From Gracilinanus agilis (lineage: Eukaryota): a stretch of 64,000 nucleotides of DNA. Below are positions 26,001-38,000 of this stretch, one piece after another; position 1 is the first letter of the stretch; every line of letters starts with the position of its first letter. Made by a program: the position numbers and the translations under genes. The stretch is taken from assembly GCF_016433145.1 (NCBI RefSeq), contig NC_058130.1, positions 800,656,962 to 800,720,961 of the forward strand. Direction: 5' to 3'. The notes beneath the pieces were generated by a model. The model had not been told where the DNA came from. It made no database searches and worked only from the letters and a program-made list of their open reading frames with translations.

Positions 26001-29000
26001 GCCGCTAGGCCGGGAGCCTGGGGGCTGTGCACAGTAATGATAGGGAAGGGGTGGGGGAAGATGAGGAGTTCCGGGGTCGATTCCTTGCATTTAAGATGCT
26101 TCTAGAACATCCATTTGAGATACACAACAGGCCTTTCAGAGGAGAGGCTTTAGGAGAGCACAGAGGGTGGGGGCGAGATGGGGGACTTTGAGGATTGTCG
26201 GCACAGAGATGGCCATTCAATCCGGGGGAGCCGCTGAGGCCCCCAAGGGAAGAGGGCCCGGCACCAATCCCTGAAGGACACCTACCCTCGCAAGTCGTGG
26301 ATGGAGGACGGACAAAGGAGGCGGAGAGGGAGGAGGAAAAGCCAGAGAGAGAGGCGGGTCCCTAAATCTAGAAGGCTGCCGGGGTGGCGGCTGGGTCTGG
26401 GCACCGAGAGATCACTGGCCACTCCGGAGAGGAGTTTGAGTGCAGTGAGGAGGCCTCCTAAAGAGACGTGGGGCGAGTTAGCAAGGAAGGAGGGTCAGCG
26501 GAGGGCCTTTGGGGCACGTTTGCACCCAGCGGGGAGCAGCAAGGAGCCAGGGAGAGATGGAAGATGAATGAGAGATCGAGGAGGCCGGGGTGGGGGGGGC
26601 CAAGCTGCTGGAGGAGATGGGATCGGGCTGCTTTGGGGAGAAGGACGAGCATTTCTGGAGTGCCTGCAGGGGCAGGTGCTGTGTGACTCCCCATGAAAGG
26701 AGGCAGAAAGGGGTTGGAGGGAGGTTACAGGACCAGGCATGGAGGTCGGGTAGAGAAAGTCTGGATAAAAACGGAGGGTCACGGAGGAACCATCTAGTCT
26801 GTGCGCAGTGCGGACAAGAAAGTCAAGTACCCGAGTCAGTAGGAGGTGATGGAAGGCGGCCAAGACAGGGGACAGCTGGGGCCCAGGAGGAGAGCCCTGC
26901 AGCCTGCCTGAGCCTTGTATCTCCAGAGAACATGGCGGCCCTTTGATAGGCCCAGAAGCAGGGAGCCCCTGCTGCCATCTGGGAATCTTCTTGGGGAGAA
27001 AAGGATGCCTGCAAGAACAGTTCTTTCCCGGGGTTTTCTGAGGGCGCCTGCTGGCCCTCAGCAGGAACTCTGGTCCTTGGATGAGGCGGAAATGAAGGGT
27101 CTTGGTGAGGAGGCGCCTGGCAGTCTCCCCAGGACCTGAGGAGGGCCATTTGAAGCAAAGGAGACCATGGCTGGATGGCCGCTGGCTCGGGGGTTCCCTT
27201 ACTTTATCATAGGCCCAGAGGGCGGCTCTGCCCTCCTGCCGGCCCATCGTTCGGCCCTCTCCGCTTTCTCGGGGACGCCTCTTCCCTCCTTAGGGATTAA
27301 AGGGTGGCCTCAGACCTGGGGGTTGTCTCTGTAATGTGCTCGTCTTGTCGGACAACATGCTTAGAAGGGTGCTCCCTCTTGCTCTCCTTCTTCCTCTCTG
27401 TCCCTCCTCCCCGCCTCTGCCTCTCCCCCGCTTCTCTCTCTTCTGTGACATTTTGTAGAGACGGTCCGTGACTATGAACACCAGTTTCACCACAGGCTGG
27501 AGCAGGAGCGAGCGCAGTGGGCCCAGTATCGCGAAGCCGCAGAAAGGGAGATCGCCGACTTACGCAGACGCTTGTCTGAAGAGCAGGAGGAGGAAAATCT
27601 GGAGAACGAGATGAAAAAGGTAAATGCTCGTGTTCGCCATGCAGTCATACAGGTGGCCTCGGCCGAGGAGCAGCTGGGGGGCAGACACTGGGGTGTGACG
27701 TTTGGCTGAGAGGGCCCGAGGGGGCCCGACTTTCCCACGAACGTGTCCAAGAGATTTCCTGGGGAGCAGCAGAGACAGCCACGTTCAACCCTCTGAGGTC
27801 ACTGAGAAGGGAGGCCTGTGCCCCGAACAGATGCCAAGGCCAGTTGGCAGAGGGCCAAGCGGGACAGACTCCCTGGGCCAGGGCGCCCGGGTCCTCCTGT
27901 CGGCATGCACAACCATAAGCAGCCTCCTCACTGGCTAGCCTGGGTGGATGGAGGTGCTCTAAAGTTGCTCCTGGCCCAGGGGAAAGCCAAGGCAGCGGTT
28001 TGTTGCACGACTGTTGGTGAATTTTGTGCCGAGAGGTGGCGTCCTTCTCAAATTCATGGTGCGAAGTGAAGTTCCTGGCCACTGGGGGGAGGAGAGGAAA
28101 GGGGGCCCGGCCCGCCCCCAGTCCCCTCGTTGGAGGACAGAGCGATGAGCTTGTTCTGGGGGGGCGGGCTGAGCCCGAGAGGGAAGGAGCGGTGGCCACG
28201 CGTGCCATCGCCATCATCGAGATGTTCAGACGATGGGAGCTTGGCCGGAGAGAAGACAAAGCCAGCCTGCCCTTGGTCACACGTGCCACACGCTTTCAGA
28301 CCCTGTCAAAGCACGCGTCACACATGTGGGCTCTCCCTCCTCTTTTTCTCGTCTTTACCGTACTCTGTTTTACGGGCAGGGGAGGGAGGCTCGGGAAAGC
28401 TATCGAGAAAAGCCCATGCTAAAGCCAGAACAAAAGGCCAGCCAGGAGGCCTTTCTGAGACCCAGGAAAACCTCAGAATTCCTTTCGGTTTCGTTTTTAA
28501 AGACGCTTCACCCAAGACTTTCGCTTTTCTTTCTCCCCCTAAGAAAGATGGCGCCCATCTATCTGCCAGAAGTGCTGCTTTTCTAACACATGGTACAAGG
28601 GCCATTCCAAGGGCTTCGAAATGAAACTCTGTCTGGCTTCCCTCCCGTTCATCTACATTTGCAACGGAAGTCACTGGGGAAATGAAGTTTGCTGGGATGA
28701 CAGGGAGATCCAGGGTGCCTCCGTCCCAAGGGAGCAGGCCTGGAAACGGGACGGCCGTCCTCTAGTTTCAATGGCTCCAAAGCACCTCAGGATAGAATTC
28801 TCCTCCTCCATGCTTTGCCTTCCTGTTTTCCCGATTAGAAGTAGAAGCCAACCGTGATGATCCTTGGGGTTGTTTGGGGGCAGAGATGGGTGACGGCAGG
28901 TCGTGCGGAGTCATTCTCACTCTCGTCCTAATTCCTCCTTCCTCCCCATCTTGAGTCCTTCCAACTTGTTCTTCGTCAGTCATTACATTAGGTCCAAGTT

Positions 29001-32000
29001 TCTTTATAGGAGAGAGCCGGCCAGAAAATCTCATTTGATATGCCTGGGGTTGGATCCTCTAGGCAGAGTGATGTTCCCTGCCTTCCTACTTGGCCCTAGG
29101 CCAGCCTGGAGGGTACAAAAATATTTAATAAGTGGCACGATCTCTCCTCTCAAAGAATTTTCAATCCAAAGGGCCTGGGAAGATACGAATTGGAATGACT
29201 GTAAGACAAAGGAGAGGTCCAGGCAAAGTGCTTATTGGACAGATGGACAGATGGGTGGGTGGGTGGAGGGAGTCAAGGGTTGGCAGGTGGGTGGGTGGAT
29301 GGATTGTGTGACTGGGCAGTTGGATAGATGGGTGGAGGAAGGATGGACTGACATGGGCAGAGGCTAGATGTCGAGTAAGGAATGCTAGGACAGTGATGGT
29401 GAACCTTTTAGGGACTGCGTGCCCAAACAGCACCCTCAAGCCACCTGTGAGTGCTCCGCATTACCCCAGACAGGGGAGGGAGGAAGTGCTCTCATTGGGC
29501 TGCTGGGCAGAGGGGCGGGGCATGTGAACATTGTCTGGGGGGGGGGTGGAGAGGGGGAGGAGAGGCACACGGTGCCATGGGCTTGCCAACACGGTTCTAG
29601 GACTTTCTATGGATTGTGTTGGAGTGGGCAGGCCTTTTACAGTTCCTGGGTGAATTCAGTTCTGACAATGCATGAGAAAATGAGTGTCTAGACTGTAGTA
29701 GGTGTTTGTTACTGGGGGCTCTTTGGGCCTTTGCTATCGGCTAAAACACCCGAGTAGAACTTTGGGGTACTTTTTGTTTACCTCAGGCCCAAGAGGATGC
29801 GGAAAAACTGCGTTCTGTGGTGATGCCGATGGAGAAAGAGATTGCGGCTCTGAAGGATAAACTGACTGAGGCCGAGGAGAAGATTAAGGAACTGGAGGCG
29901 TCCAAGGTGAGCTCCCCGTCCCTGCCTCGGCCTGTGAGAGCAGGAGGAACCCTCGGAAAGTAGGAAAAAAAGGAGACGGGACGGGACGGGATGGGATGCT
30001 GCAGCCTCATTGTGGGGTATTTTAGGTGCTGGGGGCTCCCGCTTCTGTGTTAGCTAGTCTAGTGCTGGCTTTCTTTTAGAAATGTTTTTGGACCTTAAAC
30101 ATGACAATCCAAACTTCGACAAGTTCTCAACCTTCCAGAAGGCCAGGCAGGGCTGGTGGGGTCAGCGACGCAGGTTCCAAAAACACACACGTAAGAGGAG
30201 GACCAGAAAGCCCAGCCTGACCCCAGGACGGGAAGAGCAGTCATTTTTCCAAGGAATAGGATAATGGTGGGGGCACAAAGAAAGGGCACAGACAGGCCCT
30301 GCAGTGCAGTCGAGGGGATGGCAAGCCAGCAGCTGTAGGCAGAATAAGAGTGAGACGATAATCGGAGTAGTAGCTAACATCGGTATAGCTCCACTGTGTG
30401 CCAGACAGCACACTGCTAAGTGCTTTCCAATCTTTTTTTTCTTGTTAAGCCCTGACCTTCCCTCTTGGAATCAATACTAAGTATACGCTCCAAGGCAGAA
30501 GAGTGGTCAGGGCTAGGCAATGGGGGTCAAGTGACTTGTCCAGGGTCACACAGCTGGAAAGTGTCTGAGGCCAGATTTGAACCTAGGACCTCCTGTCTCT
30601 AGGCCTGGCTCTCTTTCTCCTGAGCCACCTAGTTACTCCTTGCTCTACAACCTTTCTCTCCTTTGATCCTTACCACAGCCCTGGGAGATAAGTGCTGTTA
30701 CCACCCCCATTTTATGGGTGAGGAAACTGAGGCAAATGGGTTAAGTGACTTGCCCAGGGTCAAATGGCTAGGAAGTGTCTGAGGCTGGTTTTGTACTCGG
30801 GTCTTCATGTCTCTGTCTAGGCCTCTCTACAAAGGTGGGACTTTAGATGGGACTTTTCATGGCCCAGAAAGCCAGGAAGAAGGAAGGAGGAAGGAGAGTG
30901 TTTGAAGCTTGGAGGTAGCCAGAGAGAATGTGTAGAGCTGAGAGATGGCCTGGAGGAGGCCGGGGCGTAGGATGCAGAAAGACTGGAAAGGGAGGAGGGG
31001 GCGAGGCCCTAAACAGAGTGCCTCCTATTTGTTCCTGGAGGCAATAGGGAGCTAGTGGGGTTTATTGAGCTGGGGGGGGTGGCACATGGACAGGCCTGCC
31101 CTTTGGTGGCTGAATGGACTTGGGCAGGGTTGGACAAGCAGGACCTCCTCCTCCCCCCTGGGCAGCTATTGCCGTAGTCCAGGGGGTGGGTGGTGTCTGA
31201 GGGTGCTGACCGATGTGTGAGGAGCTTGGGAGGGTGGAGTTACCCTCTTTGGTAATAGGAAGGGGGACGGGGTGGGTGGGTTAGGGGCAAAGATAATGGC
31301 TTCCATTTGGGACTTTGGGAGTGGTGCTGGAGGCGAGCCTAGCCCTGAGGAGGGGGCGAGGACTGGACGCCTGCTTAGGGGATCCAGAAGGAGCCATCAG
31401 ACCTGGAGGAGGAGGGAAAGGCGGGGAGAAGAGAAGACGGGGATCCGAATGACGAGGGACAACGAAGAGGAGCCTTTCAGGGGAACGATGAAGCCAGATG
31501 GCAAAGAGGGAAGGGAAGGCAGAAGGAAATAGGCCTGGGCTAAGCTTTGCACACAGGCTCGTCGGAGCCTCACCACAACCATGGAGGGAGGTGATCTCCG
31601 TTTTACAGTTGAGGAAACTGAGGCAGAAAGTGGAGAAGTGACTTTGGGCAAATTCCATGTTCGTGAGCTCGGCTAGTCAGTGACTTAGATTTGAACTCGC
31701 GTCTTTCCGACCCTGAGCCCAGCACTGTCCACTGTGCCACCTGGATTCCTGGGAAGGAAATGAAGTTATGGATCAGAGACGGCCTTCGTAAGGCTCAAGA
31801 GGGAGGAAAGAGCAATGAGGGTCACGAGCCTGTTTGTGGGCAGGAGAGAAGCAGCCAGGAGATGGGCAGATCGAGGGTGAGCGAAGGGAAGGAGCCCTCT
31901 GTACGCGTGGAGGGCTGCAAGGAGAGGCGCCCAAGCCCCGTCTTCCGGCTCGCGCTCTAGACCGTTAGAAGGTCGTCCTCAAGGTCAGGCTGACGCAGGG

Positions 32001-35000
32001 AGCCGCGCTGAGCTGGGCTCGTTGGGGAAGGAGCCCTTTCTGAGCCTGGGAAGGGAAGGGAACCCCCTCGGCCCCCCCAGTGCCTCCACGGAGAAGGAAT
32101 CAAAGATAGGCGACTGGGCAGAGAAGATGGAGGATGGGAACGGGCCCAGCTGGGTCACCACTGAGGAAAGGAGGAAGAAAAAGTGGGTCTGAGTAGGGAG
32201 ACTCCACGGCGCAGCCCCAGACTCTTAACAAGAAGAAAAGGGGCTCGTTGGCTCATGGCCGCCCCCTCCGTTGGGGCCAACCCGTCCTTGGGGTTTTCTT
32301 GGCAAAGACTCTGGAGCAGTTTGCCAGTGGCTTAGGGGAAATAGAGCTCAAGTGACCTGCCCAAGGTCTCCAGGCCCTTCCCAGAAAAGGGTCAAGGATG
32401 AGGACCCAGGAATGAGAAAAGATGGGCTAATGGCCCTAGAACATGCCGTGCATTGTGAGATCGTGCCAGGGAGGAAGCTGTGCTCGCTAGGAGCTCTCTA
32501 AGAAAGGTGCGGGGGCACCCCGTCTCTCTGGCTGCGCCCCACGCTTGGCCCTTTGCTTGATCACCAAGGCAGGGGCCTGGCCTCTTCCCTCTCGGTGACC
32601 CTCCTCGGTCCGACTGTTCTAGCGCCTCCTTCTCCCGACCCTCGCCTTTCCCAGCTTCCCTGTGTCCTTAGAGCGATGCCAGCTGGCACGCGAGGAGCCG
32701 TTCACGCCCCGGCCAGTGCCCCTCGGAGCTCGCCCAGCACCCGCCCCCTTGGACAGGCTCTAGGTGGACCTCTGAGCCCAGCTCAGGCCTCCCAGCTTCC
32801 TGTTAGGGTCCCGTACCAACTCCTCCCCCACCCCAGGGAGACCCCTGCCCCCCCCCCCCCCAGCCTGAGGCCTGGGATGAAGGCAGCGCCCCTCCCCGGA
32901 ATTCTTGACACGGGACTCCTCCCTTCTCTGGCCTTCTCTGGCTCTCCTGGAGTGCCGTCCTCCAGCCCAGGGGGGTCCAGGAGGCTCTCCACAACAAGGG
33001 TGAACCTCGAGGACCAGCGGGTGCCCCGCAACGTGGCAAGCTGTAGACGCAGAGACAGAGAGCCCCCATCGGGCCTTCAGCCCCTCCGATCTCCTGGGCG
33101 CCTGTTCTCTCACCCCCGGGTCCCTGTGCCTAGGACAGGGTGGGGGCTGACCGGCCCTCCTTGGTCCCAGGGGTGGGGAGGGCCCAGCCAGGAGCAGGGG
33201 AGCCAAGAGGGTGAGCCGGCCACTGGGCAGGGGTGTGGCAGGGTGTCCCCAACCTCAGAGCTTCTGAGAGTGAGCAGGAGCTTGGGGGAAGCCTGGCAAA
33301 GAGAGGCAGAAAGCGGGCCCCATCCTGGAGGCGGAGATGAGAGCCGCCCTTTGGCCCGGGGAGGCTGGCCAAGGCGGGAGGAGAATGGAGAAGGGCCTTC
33401 CCTGTGCTGGACAGTCCCATCCTCCCTCCCCTGGGGCCGGGGTTGGCCTGGAGCCTGAAGGGTAGCAGGGACCAGGGAAGGGGAGGAGTCTGGGAGAGAC
33501 TGCTTGGAGGAGGAGGAGCTGCCATGGAGAGCAGGCCCAGGAAGGTGGGTGACAGACCGAGCAGGGAGGGGAGACTCGTGGGGAGGGAGGAGAGGGGGTG
33601 GGCTTGGGGGAGAGACCCTGAGATCGGAGCCCAGTCGAGGGGAGAGCTGACTCTCTCTCCCTTTGGGGGGTTCCAGGGACCCAGCAAGGGAGAAGTTGTT
33701 TTGTCCATTCTGTAGATGAGGAAAGTTGAACCTGTGGTGAGGCAGGATTCAAACCCAAGCCCGCTGACTCCAGTGGAATGGCCTAGACTAGGGAGGAAAG
33801 GAGGAGAGGCCAGGCTGGAGAAGAGGCTGCAGGGAGGGGAGATAAGAGAGCCCTCCGCATGCAGGAATGCCTTTTTCTGCTTTCTCTCCCTCCCTGCGGC
33901 CCAGCTCTGTGACCCTGGATGAGCCCTTCTGTCTTAGAGTGACGGATTAAAGAGTGAGCCCCTTCCTGCTCCGCCGCCCCCCTTGGAGCCACGAGGACAG
34001 AGAAAGTCCTGCAGCCACAGCCCCGAGTTTAAGGCCCGTCCCTCGCCTCCCCGCGCCCGCTCTGCACGGCTTGGCCGGTCCGTCTGCGGGCTCACGGCTG
34101 CTCGTGCCCCTGCCCAGTGCTGTCTGGTCCTGGCGGGGGCTTCCCAGCCTCCTCTGAGCCTGGCTGTCCGCTTGTTCCCCCCCGCCCCCCGCCCCGAGTG
34201 CCTCGGCTCCTGCCTCCTGGCTTTCTTTGCGGGGCCCCGAGGCAGCCGCAGTTCGGTCACCTTCTGGCCACACTCCCGAATGGCCAGGGCAGCCATTTCC
34301 CTTTTCGTTGTCATCTTTGCACGTCTGAGCCCAGAGAGATGAAGTCGCCTGTCCGGGGTGCCTGGGTGCAGCCTCTGTTTGGAGGGCATCTTTGCTGAGG
34401 GAACAGAACCTGCCGTCTTTGTCTCTTGAGTGGCACATGCCAATGGGCGTGCGGTTGGGAGGTCATCCATGGAGCGAGGCCTGGGCACTCTGGGTAGATG
34501 CAGGGATCGGGCTTGGGGCCCGGGCCTGGGCAGAGCGAGTGCGAGTGGAGGTCCGGGGACTCGGATGCTGTGGCCGGGGGACCCCCCCGCCAGAGTGCCT
34601 TGGCACCATGCCAGTGAAGATGCCAGTCGGGCATCTGACGTTTGGAGCTGGGGGAGCCGGAGCAGGGCGGTGGTATGGAGCTGTGCTGGGCATCCCTTTT
34701 AGGTGAGGGAGCTCAACCACTACTTGGAGGCCGAGAAGTCCTGTCGGACTGACCTGGAGATGTACGTGGCCGTCCTGAACACCCAGAAGTCTGTCTTACA
34801 GGAAGACGCAGAGAAGCTGCGCAAGGAGCTGCACGAAGGTGAGGGAGGCCCGGCGGGGCTCTGCACTCCAGGCCTGGCTGGCTCCTGGGCTGCGCTGACC
34901 CGAGAGCGAGGGGCTGGCCGGGCAGCTTCTGGGGCTCCTCACGTGGCCCTGGAAGTCCAGAACGCTGTGTAGCCTGGCATTTGGGGGTTTTCTGGAGTCT

Positions 35001-38000
35001 GAAGGAAGGTTGCTCTGCCCGCTGGGGCCCGAGCCGAGTGTGTGATGAGCGGCACTTCCGTGCCTCCAAGGAGGAAGGCCACAGATGGGTCGCTTCCCCT
35101 CCTGCGCTCCTGCCCCAGGCGGACCTATTCTGACGGGTTCTGGTTTGGAGATGGTGGTCTTCCCCGATGGCCCGTGGAGGAGAGGAGCCTGGGTCCCTCC
35201 CTCCCGCCCCTTCGGCAGGCTCTCTGGGTTTTTCTGCACCCCTCTAGAGGGGCTCCTCGCTTTTCTGTTTGGACTTCCCGAGAGCAGAGCCGGGGCCAAA
35301 CGTGTTGTGGGGCTCCCTTGGTGCTGCTCCTCCTGGGCTTGTCGTGGCTGTCAAGGCCCCCCGGGGGATCCTGGCACACGTCTGGACACCCTGCTGGACG
35401 AGACTCCCGGAGGCCTGGTGGGAGGCGCCTCCTGGGGCAGTTCCCACCCCTTGCGCACGCCAGAGACCAGTAGTGATGGGCGATCAGCGTGTCTTCCCTG
35501 GCTTCCTGGCGTGGCAGTGGCTGCCCGGGGGCTCTCGTCCTGGGCTATCCTCCACCCCATCCCACCGAAGGGGCTCCTTTGCCTTCTCTGCCTGGGGGGG
35601 GGGGGATCTGTGCTGTTGGCCCCCAGCATTCTGCCTTGAGGTGTGTGTGCGTGTGAAAGAGAGGGAGGGAGGGCGAGCGAGCCCGGGCGTTGGGGGGCCC
35701 TCGGGGGCTCACGCCGGGTGCCCGTCTCCCCCAGTGTGCCGCCTGCTGGAGCAGGAGCGCCAACAGCACAACCAGCTCAAGCACACTTGGCAGAGGGCCA
35801 ACGACCAGTTCCTGGAGTCCCAGCGGCTGCTCATGAGGGACATGCAGCGCCTGGAGGTGGTGCTCACCTCGGAGCAGCTGCGGCAGGTGGAGGAGCGCAA
35901 GAAGAGGGATCAGGTAGGGCTCCAGGGGCTGGGGACGAGGGCCTGGGCCCAGGCTTGGCTCCTGCCTCCCGGGGTCTCGGCACCTCCTGCAAACGTGCAA
36001 GCTCCCCTTTGCAAGGCGCTTTCCCAGCCCGCGTGGGCCACCCTCCTCGCCCAGCGGGGCTAGACAGAGGAAGGTCGCTGGAGCCCCCTGGGGGGGGGGA
36101 GGTTCTGGCCCGCTTGGCTTGGCCACACAGAGCCCTCCCTTCTGAGGTCCGTCGCCCACAGAGGAGGGCTCGGGGAGACTTCATCTCCTCCAGGGCCTCC
36201 TTTTTTTCAAATTCTCACTCCTTCCCTCTTAGAATCCCTATTAAGTGTCAGGGCCAAGGCAGGAGAGCGAGAAGGGCTGGGCAGCGAGGAAGCGTGTGAG
36301 GCCAGATTAGAACCCAGGACCTCTGAAGGCCTTTGGCTGGCAGACATTCTCTTCCTGTTGCGGATGGGGAGAATGCGGCTCTGAGGGAAGTTTCCTGGCC
36401 AGCTGGCGAAGGGCAGACCCGTGTCTGCAGCGGGCGTGCAGCTCACACCTTTGGGGCTCTGGTGGCTTTCAGGAGGAAGACGAGCAGCAAAGACTCAGCA
36501 AGACCAAGGAGCCAGAGTCGGGGGGCCCAGAAGACGAGGCCAAGGGGCCCGCCACAGTCTTTGCTCTGCCACAGGACGAGCCGTTCCCTCCCTCCGAGGA
36601 GGTAAGGTTGGCCGGGCCCTGGCTGGGGAAGCAAGGAGGGCCAGTGGGTGGCTGCCTGGCTTGGGTTTGGGTCGGGCTCCCGGGTGGCTCTGGGCCCTTC
36701 TGAGGCAGAGAATTCTCGTACCTGGGAAAAGCTCAACTTCGCTAATAGCATTGAGCACTTGTTGACTGACTGACTGGCCCACTGAGCTGGCCTCAGCACC
36801 AGGACCACCAGGGTTCTGTTCAAGCCCCTCCGCCGCTCGCCCGAGAAGGTTAGAGCTCGCTCCCCCGGGAGGAGGCCCCCCGGCCCCGGCAGAGGACGTT
36901 CTCCCCGAGAGCTCCTGGCATCAGTGGAATCATGGGGCGTCCCCGCACTTCCAGCTCCACGTCATTGATAGCGTGAGGCGACCCCGATAGAGAGATCCTG
37001 GGGCACCCCCCCCCATCCCCATGGCACTCCTCCATCTTTTCCCTAGGAATGGCTTGGGAGTTTAGGCCAGGGCCTGAGCTGCGTAACCCTGGGCTGTGTT
37101 CTGGGGGGCCAGGCGGGCGATCATTCCCTGACCCTGAACCTACTGCTTGTGGACGTGGCCCTCTGGGCCTTCCTACAGGCCTGAAGTCGGGCCCTCCTAT
37201 TCTCCGGGGTCCCTCTGGGCCCCAGCACATGGCCCTCTCGGCTTCTCCTGCCTTTGTCCTGGGGCTTCAGTTCTGTCATTCTCTCCCCCCAAGAGCCCAC
37301 CTGGGAGCGTTTGGGGCTAGAATCGGTGCCCGTGTCTCCCTCGAACCCCTCCGGAGCCTGGAGGCGGGCCCTGAGCTCACTCGGGCAGTGGCTGAATCCT
37401 CTGGCCTCATGGGACCGATCCATACTGGACGGACAGACACACACACGCGCGCCCTTTCCTCGTGCTCTTCAGAGGGACTCCCTGGCATCACCTGCCCCTG
37501 CGGGGGCGGCATGGTGGCCCTCTGGCTGGCTGGGGCCCTGCCAAGTACAGGGTGGAACCCTTCCTCCTCCTGTGGCATGCTCTTGGCTTTTATAGGCCAC
37601 ACTCTTCCGGGCTTTGCAGTCTTACCTCCCTGATGCGCCTTCTCACTCTCCTGCCCTTCCTGGGCACTACAATGCATAGGAGTGACTCGGTAGGCCTGAG
37701 TTCAAATTCAGCCTTGGGTGACCCTGGGTGAGTCTGTAAAAAGGAGATCAGAACAGCACCTTCCTCCAGGGTTGTGACTTAGCCCAGTGCCTGCCTGGCA
37801 TGCAGGAGGTGCCTAATCAATGTTCATTTCCTTCCTTTCTTCCCTGAAGTTGCAGCTCCACCCCAAACGGCAAACCCCAGGCCCATGTTCTTGTCTCAGT
37901 TCAGCCCCATTCAGGCTTGAGCATCCCTCTCCTTCCAGGGGGCTTCCATTCCATGACAACAGAAAGATCACCTCTGAGAGGGAGCCGAAGGGAGCTCCTG

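Noticed and set aside
28544-28592. Possible 49-nt poison exon in RABEP1 intron 4
   Set aside because: Good pyrimidine tract, but AAG acceptor and weak donor (ATG|GTACAA); unsupported without RNA data.
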